Part shown: positions 38,627 to 48,974 of the stretch, one piece after another
How positions within the stretch are numbered: the stretch's first letter is position 1
Layout of the letters: every line of letters begins with the position of its first letter
Assembly: GCA_050506795.1 (NCBI GenBank)
Contig: JBJHCF010000005.1
Span: 90,139-154,138 of the forward strand
Reading direction: 5' to 3'
Source of the DNA: Opitutia bacterium
Lineage (GTDB): Bacteria > Verrucomicrobiota > Verrucomicrobiia > Opitutales > T3Sed10-336
DNA: 64,000 nucleotides
Made by a program: the position numbers and the translations under genes
Notes under the pieces: generated by a model
Told to the model about the DNA's origin: nothing
Database searches by the model: none
Seen by the model: the letters and a program-made list of their open reading frames with translations, nothing else

Positions 38627-40508
38627 TAAACTCTTCCTCGTCTTCGGTGGTTGGGACTCCGTTCGGGTCAAATTCGCTCCAAAGTCCGTTATAGTCAACA
38701 TGCAGAAGTCCTAGATCGCGCTGAAAATTGAGTTCGGACACCCGGTAGCTCACCAGAGAATCGACCAGGGAATTCTGCGCCTGGAGCAAAGATTCATTGG
38801 CGTCGAGTACGTCTCGCATTTCCGCCCGACCCAGTTCCTGCAGGGCTTGAGCTTCTTCCACGCGTCGTTCCGCCACGTTAAGAGCCTCGGTCTGAATTCG
38901 ATAGCCCTCCCGTTGTTGCATCAGATTGCGCAGGCCATTGCGCACATCCAGCTTGATCCGGTCCTCCAGGTCCTGGAAGCTGCGCACCGCCGATTCAACC
39001 TGGATCAGGCTTTGGCGGAAGCCGATACGTTCCGAGCGGCGCGACCAGGGCATGTCCATCTCCAGCCCGGTGGTGTAAACCCCGTCGGACGGAGCAAAAC
39101 GGGTGCTGGAACGGGTGGCGGTGCCGCGGTAGGCGGCGCCGCCGGTGAGATTGAGGCTGGGGCGAAGGGAATCCGCCGCGACAATGACGCTCCGCTGCGC
39201 GTCGAAAACGCTACCTTCGGCGATGCGGAGGTCGAGGCGATTGGCGAGCGCGAGCTCGATGGCGCGATCCTCGTCGATCTCAAATCGCCCGCGCTCCCGG
39301 GGGTCGGGCTGGGGAAGGACGACTTCGGTTTCGTCACCGTTCCGATCGAGGTCGATGTCGGTCGCCAATTCGCCGAACATTTCTTCGGCTTGTTGGCGGA
39401 GCCGTTCGAACTCGTCCGGCGAAAGCGCGATCCGGGCATCGGTAGGAAGCCCGAGTGTGAGCTTAAAGGAGTCGAGCTGCCGCGAATAGTTTTCGCGGGA
39501 AGAGATCAGCCGTTCCCGGGCGCGAAGGAAATCCTGCCGCGCCTGGTCGACCTGGATCCCGGTGACCCGCCCGCCCTCGTAAAGGGCTTCCGTACGCTCT
39601 ACCAGGAGAGTCAGACGACGGAACGCCGCTTCGGCGTTGGCGATTTGATCCAACTGCTGGAGCACGGAAAAGTACTCGTTGGCCACGCGTACGGCGTATT
39701 CGTGACGGAAACGTTCAAAGTTGAACAGGGCGTAAAGGACGTTGCGTTCGGCCTGGGTCCGAGGCTCGGTCACGATGTGGCGTCCCGAGCCGCGCATCAG
39801 GGGAACGGAAATCGAGGTGTCGAGCAGCATGTTCAGGGAGGTGGTGCCCTCGCCGCGCAGCAGGTTGACCAGGTCCAGCGTCAACCGGCTTCCCAGGGTG
39901 GCGCCGCCTTCCAGCTGACGTTGCACCCCGACCTCGCCTCCAGCTGAAGCGGAGTTTTGGTTTTGGCCCTGATCGCTGCGGAACATGGCGTTGAGTGCCC
40001 CGCGAAAAGTGCTGTCGAAACGGTAACGCTCCAGGTCGAGTTGCAGGGCGGTGCGAAAAACCGATTCCTTCTCGGCCTGGTAGGATCGGCTGTTGGTGGC
40101 GGCGATTTGCAATGCTTCCAGAAGGGAAATCTCGAACGCTTCCGCGCCGTTTTCCGAGGTCGGAAAGAATGCTTCGGGACGATGGCCCGGGTCGCCTACA
40201 CGGGGCCAGTGTTCCGGGTCTTCCAGGTAATCGACCCCGTAGGAAGCGGGACCGACCGCCGGGAGTTCCTGTTCCAGCATCAGGCGCTGCCGGAACGTTT
40301 CGCTGGGGCGTTCGATGGAGAAGGGGTCGGTGCGCCCCAGCCCTTCCTGTTGCATTTCGGTGATGATGTCCGATGCTGCGCGGTCGGCTTCAGCCCGGTG
40401 TTTGCCGGCGCTTTGACAACCGTTGAGGAGCAGGGCCGCCGCCAGTCCGATCAGAGTGAACGTTTGGCGGCGGTATCGACGGAGAGATCGTACGGGCGAA
40501 TTTGGCAT
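38619..40508 (-). CDS. TolC-family outer-membrane efflux lipoprotein
   Basis: Lipobox-like LLNGC, two OEP repeats (ISLLEALQIA; AIELALANRLDL); start ATG 40508 assumed. Confidence 0.85.
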   Translation of the reverse strand: MPNSPVRSLRRYRRQTFTLIGLAAALLLNGCQSAGKHRAEADRAASDIITEMQQEGLGRTDPFSIERPSETFRQRLMLEQELPAVGPASYGVDYLEDPEHWPRVGDPGHRPEAFFPTSENGAEAFEISLLEALQIAATNSRSYQAEKESVFRTALQLDLERYRFDSTFRGALNAMFRSDQGQNQNSASAGGEVGVQRQLEGGATLGSRLTLDLVNLLRGEGTTSLNMLLDTSISVPLMRGSGRHIVTEPRTQAERNVLYALFNFERFRHEYAVRVANEYFSVLQQLDQIANAEAAFRRLTLLVERTEALYEGGRVTGIQVDQARQDFLRARERLISSRENYSRQLDSFKLTLGLPTDARIALSPDEFERLRQQAEEMFGELATDIDLDRNGDETEVVLPQPDPRERGRFEIDEDRAIELALANRLDLRIAEGSVFDAQRSVIVAADSLRPSLNLTGGAAYRGTATRSSTRFAPSDGVYTTGLEMDMPWSRRSERIGFRQSLIQVESAVRSFQDLEDRIKLDVRNGLRNLMQQREGYRIQTEALNVAERRVEEAQALQELGRAEMRDVLDANESLLQAQNSLVDSLVSYRVSELNFQRDLGLLHVDYNGLWSEFDPNGVPTTEDEEEFNE

Positions 40509-40633
40509 TACTGTGCAAGTGCTCTGCGGCATCGTCGCTCTTGGCAAGAATAAAGCGGCCGCCTGGTCTCGGAATGATTGCCTGCCGAAACCAGGCGGCA
40601 CTCTGGGCCGCACCCATAACAACAGGCGGTCAA

Positions 40634-41350
40634 TTAACGTCCCCGCTGATTATTGTTATCTCCCTGAAGTATGCGATTGGCTCGCGCGACATCATCTTCG
40701 GTGAAACCCGGTGTGCGGGCAATGGCTTGCGCGGCGTAGCGGTTGAGCAGCCGTTGCTCGTCACGAAGTGACCGAACCCGTTCGCGAATTGGATCGAATT
40801 CTTCGGAGTTGCGGTCGACCCCCCGCATGTCGCGGCGCAGCGACTGCCATTCCTGTTGCAGCTCCTCGTAATGGGAGGTGATCTCCTGAATCTGAGGATT
40901 GGTTTGGGTGGCTTCCTCCCAGCGTTGGCGAAAATCCTGCCACTCCTGTCTGCGCTGCTCGCGGCGTTCCGCCCGGCTCGGGTTTTGATTGGAGGTCTCC
41001 GCAGCCGCGGTCCCCCGACTGCGGCTCAGTCCGAGTTCGCGCTCAAATTCTCCGTGCCGCAGCAGGATGCGGTTGGTCTGTGCGTTGAAGCCGGCCACCT
41101 GCAGGCCGTTTCGGGTTTGTCCCCGCTCAATCCAGAAGGTCAGGTCCGACTCCGGATCGTGCAGGCTGAAAAGAGTTTCCCCGGGCAGGCTGACCACCGA
41201 TCGCAGTTCAATACGGTCCAACAACTCGGACCTCGCCTCTTCGGGATCATCGGCCATCGCCGACAGTGCAATCATCGGCGCCAGACCGATACTGAGCCAG
41301 CTCGGGAATCGTGGGAGTGGAATGTAGGACAGTAGGCTTCGATTATTCAT
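40634..41350 (-). CDS. Hypothetical exported protein (small beta domain + charged coiled coil)
   Basis: Signal-like N-terminus; R/E/Q-rich helical C-half. Confidence 0.6.
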   Translation of the reverse strand: MNNRSLLSYIPLPRFPSWLSIGLAPMIALSAMADDPEEARSELLDRIELRSVVSLPGETLFSLHDPESDLTFWIERGQTRNGLQVAGFNAQTNRILLRHGEFERELGLSRSRGTAAAETSNQNPSRAERREQRRQEWQDFRQRWEEATQTNPQIQEITSHYEELQQEWQSLRRDMRGVDRNSEEFDPIRERVRSLRDEQRLLNRYAAQAIARTPGFTEDDVARANRILQGDNNNQRGR

Positions 41351-41526
41351 GTTTCGTTCTCGTTGATCGTTTTATGTTTTTTAAAGGTTTCGTACGTGAC
41401 TGGCGACCGATCGCCGGTACGGATTGTTCCCTATTGCGGAACTTATCGTGCTCAACAGTTCTGGTTAATAAGAGCAATCACCGGAATCGCGGTAAAGTTT
41501 CGGATTTGATGCGGAAAAATGACCGA

Positions 41527-44500
41527 TTACAGAGGACTTTTTTTGTTTTTTAAGGCTTCTGACGACGGGTCGTGAGTGAGGCTTCGTCCGGAAGTTTTTG
41601 AGGAAAGACTCAGGTAGGCTGCAGGAATCACGAATAGGGTGAGCAGGCTGCCCACGATCAAGCCGCCGATAACGGCGATTCCGAGGGGAATTCGGCTTTG
41701 GGCGCCGGCGCCTACGGCCAAAGCGATCGGAAGCACTCCGAAGATAGTGGAGATGGTGGTCATCAGGATGGGTCGAAAACGGCGGGCCGCCGCCTCCTCG
41801 ACCGCTTCCCTCAGTTCGAGTCCGGCTTCCTTGCACTGATTGGCGAACTCAACCAGGAGAATCCCGTTTTTTGTCACCAGACCGATCAGCATGATCAGCC
41901 CGATCTGGGAAAAGATATTCAATCCCTTGCCGAAGTACCAGAGGGCGACCAGCCCGCCGGCCAGGGCGAGCGGCACCGTCAGCATGATGGTGGCCGGATC
42001 CCGGAAACTTTCGAACTGGGCGGATAGGACGAGGAAAACCAGGATGAGGGCAAACCCGAAGACAAAGAGCAAACTGGCGCCCGTGGCTTCGAATTCACGC
42101 GATTCTCCGGCCAGTTCGGTGGAAAAACTTTCGTCGAGGATGTCGATTCCCACCTCGCGCATGGCCGCGATGCCGTCGGCGATTGTGTACCCGCCGGCGA
42201 GGTTGGCGCTGAATGTGGCGGCGGGAAAACGATTGAAGCGGTGCAAGACTGCCGGGGAGACCGTTTCATCAAGTTGGATGATATTGTCCAGTGTGATTGC
42301 CCGGCCATTCGCGCCGTTCACGGTAAGGCTGTTTAATTCCGAGGGCGCAAGGCGGCGGTCGCGGACGAGTTGTCCGACGATTTCATACTGTTGGCCGTCG
42401 CGGAGGAAAAAGCCGAATCGTTGCTCGCTCAGTGCGGCTTGCAGGGTTTCGGATATGTCCCGGACCGAGACGCCGAGGGCCTGCGCGCGATTGCGATCGA
42501 TGTGTATGCGCACTTCCGGATTGGTGAATTCCAGATTGACGTTCACAAAACTGAACTCCGGGCGATCGCGGGCGGTCGCCAGAAAGTCCGGTAATACTTC
42601 CGTAAGGCGTTCGAAGTTTGGGTGTTGCACCACAAATTGCACCGGCATTCCACGTCCTCCGGTACGAATGGTGGGGGGTTCCCGCACCGAAAACTCGGCG
42701 TCCGGAATGGCGCGCAGTTCCCGGGTCAGGTGGCGGGCGATTTCAGACTGGCTTCGGTCCCGTTGATCGGGTGGAAGCAATGCCAGGCGGGAAAATCCGG
42801 AATTGATCGTGGTGGCCGCTCCAAAACCGGGCGACGTAACCGAAAGGGCGGCGCTTCTTTCCGGCACTTCCTCTTTCAGCAATCGGTCCAGCCGGTCCAT
42901 AACCCGCTCCATGTAAGCGTAGTTCGCCCCTTCCGGACCGGCTACCTGAAGCACCAGCAGACTCCGGTCCTCCAGCGGCGCGAGTTCACGGGGTAGCACT
43001 GACCAGAAGTAGCCGATGGAAACGAGACAGAAGGCCATGACGACCAGCGCGATCCAGCGGTGATTGAGGACGTGTCTCAAGGCCCCGCGATAACTGTCCG
43101 CCAAACCGCGGAAAAAGGGTTCAGTCGCGTTGTATAATCGGGGCATCCGGTCGTGTTTTTTCAGAATGCGGGTCGCCAGCATGGGGGTCAGCGTCAGCGC
43201 CACAAACGAGGAGATGATCACCGCCCCGGCAAGGGTCACCCCAAACTCCCGGAACAGGACCCCGGTGAGTCCGTCCATGAAAATAATCGGCAGAAACACC
43301 GCCGTCAGGGCCAGGGTGGTCGCGATAACCGCGGTGAAAATTTCACGGATTCCGGCATCTCCTGCCTGGACGGGGGGATAGCCCTTTTCGATCTTTGAGT
43401 AAATATTCTCCAGCACCACCACCGCGTCGTCGACCACCAGACCGATGGCCAGCACCAGGGCGAGGAGGGTCAACACGTTGATCGTGAACCCGGCGGCATA
43501 CATAATGAAAAAAGCCCCGGTCAGTGCGATGGGAATCGTGATCAAGGGAATGATCGCCGAGCGAATTTCGCGCAGGAAGAAAAAGATCACCAGGCAGACC
43601 AGAACCAGGGCAATCGCCACCGATTGTTTCACTTCGGCGATCGAGGCGCGGATGAATTCGCTGGTGTCGAAACCGATGCCAAGTTGGATATCCGCGGGAA
43701 GATCGGTTTTGATCTGATCGAGACGCCGGTAGAACTCGTCGGCGATGGCGATTTCGTTGGCCCCGGTCTGGGGCCGCAGGACCACGCCCACCATCGGCAC
43801 GCCGTCGCGCTTGAGAATGGTCCGTTCATTCAGGGGGCCGATCTCCGCGTGGCCGACGTCGCGAAATCGGACCGTGCGGTGTTCGTTCTGCAGCAGGATG
43901 AGGTCCTCAAACGCTTCCGGGTCGTCTCCCAGGCGGCTCAGCGTGCGCACGGTCAGTTCGATGGAATCACCTTCCACCCGGCCGGAGGGGAGTTCGACGT
44001 TGGAGCGGGCCACCGCGTCGCGCACGCTGAGCGGGGTCAAACCATAGGCCGCCAATCGATCGGGATCCATCCACAGGCGCATGGCGTACTGCTTGGAACC
44101 CCAGATGTCGACGCGGGCTACGCCGTCGATGGTCTGGAGCCGGGAGCGAAACAGGTTGTCCGCGATATCGGTCAACTCCAGCAGGTCGCGCTGATCGGAA
44201 TGAATGTTGAGAAAGATAATGGGGTCGCCGTCCGCGTCCGCCTTTTCGACCACCGGGGGCTCGGCATCCGAGGGCAAGCGCCGCATGGCGGAGGAAACCC
44301 GGTCGCGCACGTCGTTCGCCGCCCGGTCGAGATCGTCGTTCAAGCCGAATTCAATGGTGAGGGTGGAGCGGCCCTCGCGACTGGCCGAAGTGAGGGTGCG
44401 AATGCCCGAGACCGTGTTCACTTCGTTCTCCAGGGGCTCGGTGATTTGGCTTTCAATGACCGAGGCGCTGGCTCCGGGGTATTCCGCGCGAACGGTTATG

Positions 44501-44631
44501 ATCGGGCCTTCAGCCGCCGGGTATTCCCGGACGCCGAGAAACTGGAATCCCACGACGCCGAACAGGACGATGGCTATCGCCATAACCGTGGTCAGGACGG
44601 GCCGCCTGATGGTGATTTGAGAAAGATTCAT
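41527..44631 (-). CDS. RND efflux transporter permease (AcrB/MdtC-like)
   Basis: IRRPV, GLVVDDAVVVLENI, KNGILLVEF, RFRPILMT; 1034 aa. Confidence 0.96.
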   Translation of the reverse strand: MNLSQITIRRPVLTTVMAIAIVLFGVVGFQFLGVREYPAAEGPIITVRAEYPGASASVIESQITEPLENEVNTVSGIRTLTSASREGRSTLTIEFGLNDDLDRAANDVRDRVSSAMRRLPSDAEPPVVEKADADGDPIIFLNIHSDQRDLLELTDIADNLFRSRLQTIDGVARVDIWGSKQYAMRLWMDPDRLAAYGLTPLSVRDAVARSNVELPSGRVEGDSIELTVRTLSRLGDDPEAFEDLILLQNEHRTVRFRDVGHAEIGPLNERTILKRDGVPMVGVVLRPQTGANEIAIADEFYRRLDQIKTDLPADIQLGIGFDTSEFIRASIAEVKQSVAIALVLVCLVIFFFLREIRSAIIPLITIPIALTGAFFIMYAAGFTINVLTLLALVLAIGLVVDDAVVVLENIYSKIEKGYPPVQAGDAGIREIFTAVIATTLALTAVFLPIIFMDGLTGVLFREFGVTLAGAVIISSFVALTLTPMLATRILKKHDRMPRLYNATEPFFRGLADSYRGALRHVLNHRWIALVVMAFCLVSIGYFWSVLPRELAPLEDRSLLVLQVAGPEGANYAYMERVMDRLDRLLKEEVPERSAALSVTSPGFGAATTINSGFSRLALLPPDQRDRSQSEIARHLTRELRAIPDAEFSVREPPTIRTGGRGMPVQFVVQHPNFERLTEVLPDFLATARDRPEFSFVNVNLEFTNPEVRIHIDRNRAQALGVSVRDISETLQAALSEQRFGFFLRDGQQYEIVGQLVRDRRLAPSELNSLTVNGANGRAITLDNIIQLDETVSPAVLHRFNRFPAATFSANLAGGYTIADGIAAMREVGIDILDESFSTELAGESREFEATGASLLFVFGFALILVFLVLSAQFESFRDPATIMLTVPLALAGGLVALWYFGKGLNIFSQIGLIMLIGLVTKNGILLVEFANQCKEAGLELREAVEEAAARRFRPILMTTISTIFGVLPIALAVGAGAQSRIPLGIAVIGGLIVGSLLTLFVIPAAYLSLSSKTSGRSLTHDPSSEALKNKKSPL

Positions 44632-44663
44632 GCTTTGCCTGCCGGTGAGGGATTCAACCGCGA

Positions 44664-45719
44664 TCAGTCGTGATCGATGGCTCGCACCCGGTCCCCGTCG
44701 CGCACGTTCCGGGTGCCGGCGACCACCACGAATTCGCCCGGTTCGAGTCCCGAGAGGACCTGTATCCGGTCGCGGGTTCGTCGGCCCAGGGCGACCTCCC
44801 GGCGATGTGCCCGGTCGTCGGAAACCACAAAAACGTGGGATTCGACCCCCGGAACCACGGCTACGGATGGAATCATGATTTCCTCGTCCGCGGCCCCCAG
44901 ATTCAGACGCACCTGGGCGAAAGCTCCCGGCAACAAGCGGCCTTCCGGGTTCTCCACCGTTCCCCGCAGGTTAATGGTGCGCGTCTCCGGATCGATACTG
45001 GGTTCACGGGCGTACACTTCCCCGGAGTATGTTTGGGTGTTTCCGGTCAGTTCCAGTTCAAAGGTCTGGCCGATCGAGAGGTCGTCCAGGTAACGTTCCG
45101 GCACGGAGAAGTCGATTTTCAGCGGCTGGATGCGGTGCAGGGCGACGATCCTGGTGTCCGGCTGAATCAGCGCCCCCGGGCTGACGTAGCGCAGGCCGAT
45201 TATTCCGGAAAAGGGAGCCCGCAGTTCGGTCTTGGCCAAGCGGGACTCGATCCGTCGCTGGCTGGCCTCCAGGACGCTGCGACGGTTAACCGCTTCCTCC
45301 AGGAGTCGCTGGGTGGTACTGCCTTCATCCATGAGACGGCGCTGGCGCTCCTCTTCGAGGGTGGCAAATTTCAGATCGGCCGCGACCTGTTCCATCTCCG
45401 CACGCAGTTCCTCGTCATCGATGGTGATTAGGATCCGTCCCTTTTCCACCTCCTCACCTTCGGTAAAATGAATGGCGCTGATTTTTCCCGAGATTTCAGC
45501 GCGAATATCCACCGATTCGTCGGCCCGCAGGGTGCCGGTCAAACGCAATGTCCGGTCGAGGGTGTCTTTTTCCGCCGCGATCACTCGCACTACGCGTGCC
45601 GATTCGGCTTCTCCGGGGGGGGCGGTTTCCTCCGAAACGGCGAGTTTGGGAAGGACGAGCACGGCGGCCGTCAGGACAGCGGCCAGCGTCCAGGCTGCGG
45701 CTTTAATCCAAGATTTCAT
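44664..45719 (-). CDS. RND periplasmic adaptor (MFP)
   Basis: GTLRA..SGKI..FTEG, LRAPFSG, LLPGAF; start ATG 45719. Confidence 0.93.
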   Translation of the reverse strand: MKSWIKAAAWTLAAVLTAAVLVLPKLAVSEETAPPGEAESARVVRVIAAEKDTLDRTLRLTGTLRADESVDIRAEISGKISAIHFTEGEEVEKGRILITIDDEELRAEMEQVAADLKFATLEEERQRRLMDEGSTTQRLLEEAVNRRSVLEASQRRIESRLAKTELRAPFSGIIGLRYVSPGALIQPDTRIVALHRIQPLKIDFSVPERYLDDLSIGQTFELELTGNTQTYSGEVYAREPSIDPETRTINLRGTVENPEGRLLPGAFAQVRLNLGAADEEIMIPSVAVVPGVESHVFVVSDDRAHRREVALGRRTRDRIQVLSGLEPGEFVVVAGTRNVRDGDRVRAIDHD

Positions 45720-45870
45720 CCGGTTCCGGTACACTGAAACCAAGGGATTCGCAAATGCTTTTCCCTTGGAGTTCGGGACCGGTGAAGCGGATCCCGTTGC
45801 CGGCGATTTTCCTCGAAGTCGGATCCTCCGCCCGCAACTTTTTTATTCGCCGGGTGATTAATCATCTATA

Positions 45871-46536
45871 ATGATGACTGTTACGCTAGAGGCAGCCTGG
45901 GATTCGTTTCTTGGTCGCCGGGCGGAAGTGTTCGAAATCCAAACCAGGGACTGGACGATCGAAACGGAAACCGAAGCCGACGATTCGAGGGAAGGAGACG
46001 AGGATGTGGCCTGCATGCGGCGCATCGCCGCGGGCGAGGAAGACGCATTACGAAGCATCGTCGGGCGTTGGTACACCCCGCTGATGAATTTTTTCTACCG
46101 CTCAACCGGTTCCCGGCACGACGCCGAGGACCTGACTCAGAGCGTTCTGATCAAATTGTATCGTGCTGCTCCGCGGTATCGGGAAACAGCGAAATTTTCG
46201 ACCTTTCTTTTTGTCATTGCCCGGCGGGTGCTGCACAATCATCAACGTTTTTTTTACCGCAAGCTCAAAGGGTTGATCGATTACGGCAATGTTCCGGAAA
46301 ACCTGCTCGCTGCTCCGGTGGACGATGGGCGAGCGCGCGAGTTGGAGGAGTTTTTTCAGTCCGCGCTCAAGCGATTGTCCGAAAACCAGAGAACGGCCTT
46401 ATTGCTGAGGAAGCAGCAGGGAATGAGTTACGGCGAAATCGCCGAATCGATGGGCACCACCGAAGGTCGCGTGAAGACGTGGATTTTTCGTGCCCGACAA
46501 AAACTGAAGGAGGTTTACGATGAACGGGAAGTTTGA
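45871..46536 (+). CDS. ECF RNA polymerase sigma factor
   Basis: DAEDLTQ, FSTFLFVIAR, SYGEIAE..VKTWIFRAR; start uncertain. Confidence 0.92.
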   Translation: MMTVTLEAAWDSFLGRRAEVFEIQTRDWTIETETEADDSREGDEDVACMRRIAAGEEDALRSIVGRWYTPLMNFFYRSTGSRHDAEDLTQSVLIKLYRAAPRYRETAKFSTFLFVIARRVLHNHQRFFYRKLKGLIDYGNVPENLLAAPVDDGRARELEEFFQSALKRLSENQRTALLLRKQQGMSYGEIAESMGTTEGRVKTWIFRARQKLKEVYDEREV

Positions 46537-46891
46537 TGAAATTGATGATGTCGCCAGGGGGGCTTTCGACGAGGAACTGGATCGTTTCCTGACTTCGACC
46601 GGAATCAGCCAGCCTCCGGGTTATGCAGATGTGGTCGCGAATCGAGTCTGCCGGCGAAAAGCTCGAAATGACCGGGCGATTCGCGGTGCGTTATGTGCCT
46701 GCGGAGCGGTCGCGCTGTCGTTTTCCCTGTGGCTCGGATACGGGGTGGACCGCAGCGGCGTGACGGCCATGGAACCCACGCCCGATGAGGTCTATGTGGA
46801 AATTCACGTGTTGGAGGACCTCTTTTTTGGGGCAGAAGCTCTCGCAGATGACGATCTACTGGATACCCTCGAATTCCTGATGGGAGGGTAA
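46520..46891 (+). CDS. Putative single-TM anti-sigma factor
   Basis: Overlaps sigma stop, one TM, acidic C-terminal tail. Confidence 0.6.
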   Translation: MNGKFDEIDDVARGAFDEELDRFLTSTGISQPPGYADVVANRVCRRKARNDRAIRGALCACGAVALSFSLWLGYGVDRSGVTAMEPTPDEVYVEIHVLEDLFFGAEALADDDLLDTLEFLMGG

Positions 46892-46909
46892 CACTTTCCT
46901 TAATTTGCT

Positions 46910-47428
46910 ATGAAACTGATTTCACGACGTTCCTTCGCTGTTTTCCTCGCCTTTGCAATTGTCCTGCCCCCGCTGGCGGTGAGTGCGGGGTCCGGGTCCA
47001 ATGACGGCGATCGAACCGGGGATACCCGGCAGCGGCATCAGGAGATGCTGGAGGATTTGCTCGATTTGTCGACCGAACGGCTGGCCCGCACCCGTTCGGT
47101 TATCGAACGCCTGGAAGCGATGGATGAAAAGCAGCGCGAGATTCTGCGGAAGCGGGTACGCGATTTTCATCGGCAAACTCCCGAGGAAATCAGGCGTCAA
47201 CGTGAGGAGTGGCGTGCGATGTCGCCGGAAGAGCGCTGGGAACATCGGCGGCGCAATCGGGAGGAATGGGAGGAACTTTGGGGGCTTAACATTGAAGAAG
47301 GGGATGTTGACGTTGGATTGGAGCGTCGTTTCCAGGAATACTTTCAGAACCTTCCCGCGGAGGAGCGAGGCCGGATTATCCGGGAGTTGAGGGAGCCTCC
47401 CTCCGGCGAAGAGCAACGGGAGGATTGA
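46910..47428 (+). CDS. Exported helical-repeat protein (DUF3106-like)
   Basis: Signal peptide; WRAMSPEER / FQNLPAEER repeats. Confidence 0.6.
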   Translation: MKLISRRSFAVFLAFAIVLPPLAVSAGSGSNDGDRTGDTRQRHQEMLEDLLDLSTERLARTRSVIERLEAMDEKQREILRKRVRDFHRQTPEEIRRQREEWRAMSPEERWEHRRRNREEWEELWGLNIEEGDVDVGLERRFQEYFQNLPAEERGRIIRELREPPSGEEQRED

Positions 47429-47440
47429 GGCACGGGTAAT

Positions 47441-48142
47441 TCAAAGGTCGCCCAGGGTCACCAGGGAGTCGGGATCCTGGACGGTCAGGGTGCGACCCTC
47501 TACCTTCAGCGTTCCGCGGTTTCTCAGCAACCGCAGGAGGCGCGAAAGGGATTCCCCCGTACAACCGAGGTGGCTGGCGAGCACTTGCCAGGTTACCGGA
47601 ATCTCGATTCTGGCGCCCGGTTCGGGCGGAATCTTGCCGCTCAGTCTGATCAGGTAGAGGGCAAAGCGGGCCTCCACGTTTTTCAGGGTCAGATCGTCGA
47701 TCAGGGTCACCAGATGGCGAAGCTGGCCGGCCATGGAGCCAAGAACGCTCAGGGCCAGTTGCGGATTCTTCATCATCATGGAACGGAGAGGTTCCGCAGG
47801 CACCAGCACGACCTCGGCGTTCCGCTCCGCCTGCACCGACGCGGGAAAACTTCGCCGGTCGCCCATCGGCGCCTCGGCCAGCGATTCGCCGGGCCCCGCC
47901 AGGCGCAGCACCTGTTCCTTGCCTTCCGAACTCGAACGAAAGATCTTCAGGATGCCGCTTCGGACGATGTAAAAGCCGTGGTAGGGATCGTGCTCCCGGA
48001 AGAGGAACGCGCCTTTTTCCAGGCGTTTCAATTGGCAGAAGGCCGCCAGTTCGTCCAAATCCTGGTCGCTGACTCCGGCGAAGATTGGAGACATTTGCAG
48101 GACGATACGAATCTGGGCGGATTTCGGAGTGGCGGCGGACAC
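47441..48142 (-). CDS. Crp/Fnr family transcriptional regulator (DNR/NnrR-like)
   Basis: cNMP domain (LFREHD..GKEQVL..GESLAE), HTH LASHLGCTGESLSR; GTG start 48142 assumed. Confidence 0.9.
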   Translation of the reverse strand: MSAATPKSAQIRIVLQMSPIFAGVSDQDLDELAAFCQLKRLEKGAFLFREHDPYHGFYIVRSGILKIFRSSSEGKEQVLRLAGPGESLAEAPMGDRRSFPASVQAERNAEVVLVPAEPLRSMMMKNPQLALSVLGSMAGQLRHLVTLIDDLTLKNVEARFALYLIRLSGKIPPEPGARIEIPVTWQVLASHLGCTGESLSRLLRLLRNRGTLKVEGRTLTVQDPDSLVTLGDL

Positions 48143-48227
48143 GGTGTGTGGTGTAGTTTTGATCCGGCCAATGACGTTGTCAATGGTGAGCCTTTTCCAT
48201 CGGAGCGCGCGGTTTGATGCGGGAACT

Positions 48228-48241
48228 TTGATTTGGATCAA
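48228..48241. promoter_or_regulatory. FNR/DNR box TTGAT-N4-ATCAA
   Basis: Exact consensus TTGATTTGGATCAA; TAGGAT -10-like hexamer at 48264-48269. Confidence 0.8.
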
Positions 48242-48316
48242 GGTGAATCGGCACATTCGTGGCTAGGATGGGTGTCATGCTTTTTTATGGCGAAGGGAAC
48301 AAAGGAGAATCCATTG

Positions 48317-48871
48317 ATGGGAGAGAATGAGAAGTCAGAGGACCGGTTTGCAGACGACGATGGCAATATTGAGGTGATCGATGTCAGGCCGCTCTTGGAA
48401 TCCGGCCGGGAGCCCCTGCCGGTCATATTGGACGCGGTTTCCCGTTTGAGTGCCGGATGCGTGCTTTGCGTCCGCGCTCCATTTGAACCGGTGCCGTTAT
48501 ACGGCCTGATGGCTTCGAGGGGTTACGGCGTGACCTCGAAAAAAAAACGGGATGGCGACGTCGATTCGTATTGGGAGGTATTGTTCTATCCTTTGACCGA
48601 GACCGAAGCCGACGAACCGATGCCGGATTCCGCCGGGTCGAACGAATCCGAAACGGAGGGGTTGGTGCGGATTGATCTGCGGGGCGAAAGTCTTCGTGAG
48701 GGCCTGGAGCGAATGAGCATCGCGCTGGAAGGGTTGCGCTACGACGATGTGCTCCTCGTTCAGCACGATCACGATCCCGCAACCCTCCGGTCTCACCTCG
48801 ACCAGAGTGTTTTTTCACACCGAGATGAGGACGCCGGAAGCGCGTTGCTGAGAATCTGGCGAAAGCGTTGA
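48317..48871 (+). CDS. DUF2249 domain protein (two repeats)
   Basis: IDVRP..EPL..APFEPVPLY and IDLRG..DHDP..L; AAGGAG RBS before ATG 48317. Confidence 0.8.
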   Translation: MGENEKSEDRFADDDGNIEVIDVRPLLESGREPLPVILDAVSRLSAGCVLCVRAPFEPVPLYGLMASRGYGVTSKKKRDGDVDSYWEVLFYPLTETEADEPMPDSAGSNESETEGLVRIDLRGESLREGLERMSIALEGLRYDDVLLVQHDHDPATLRSHLDQSVFSHRDEDAGSALLRIWRKR

Positions 48872-48974
48872 CCCGACTCCCGGCAGCCGATCACAGCCGG
48901 GTCTGTGTCAACGATATTTTGCCTGGCAAATTATTGCTCTTTGGTCGTTGCCGGACGACGCACCGGCGTTCGGG

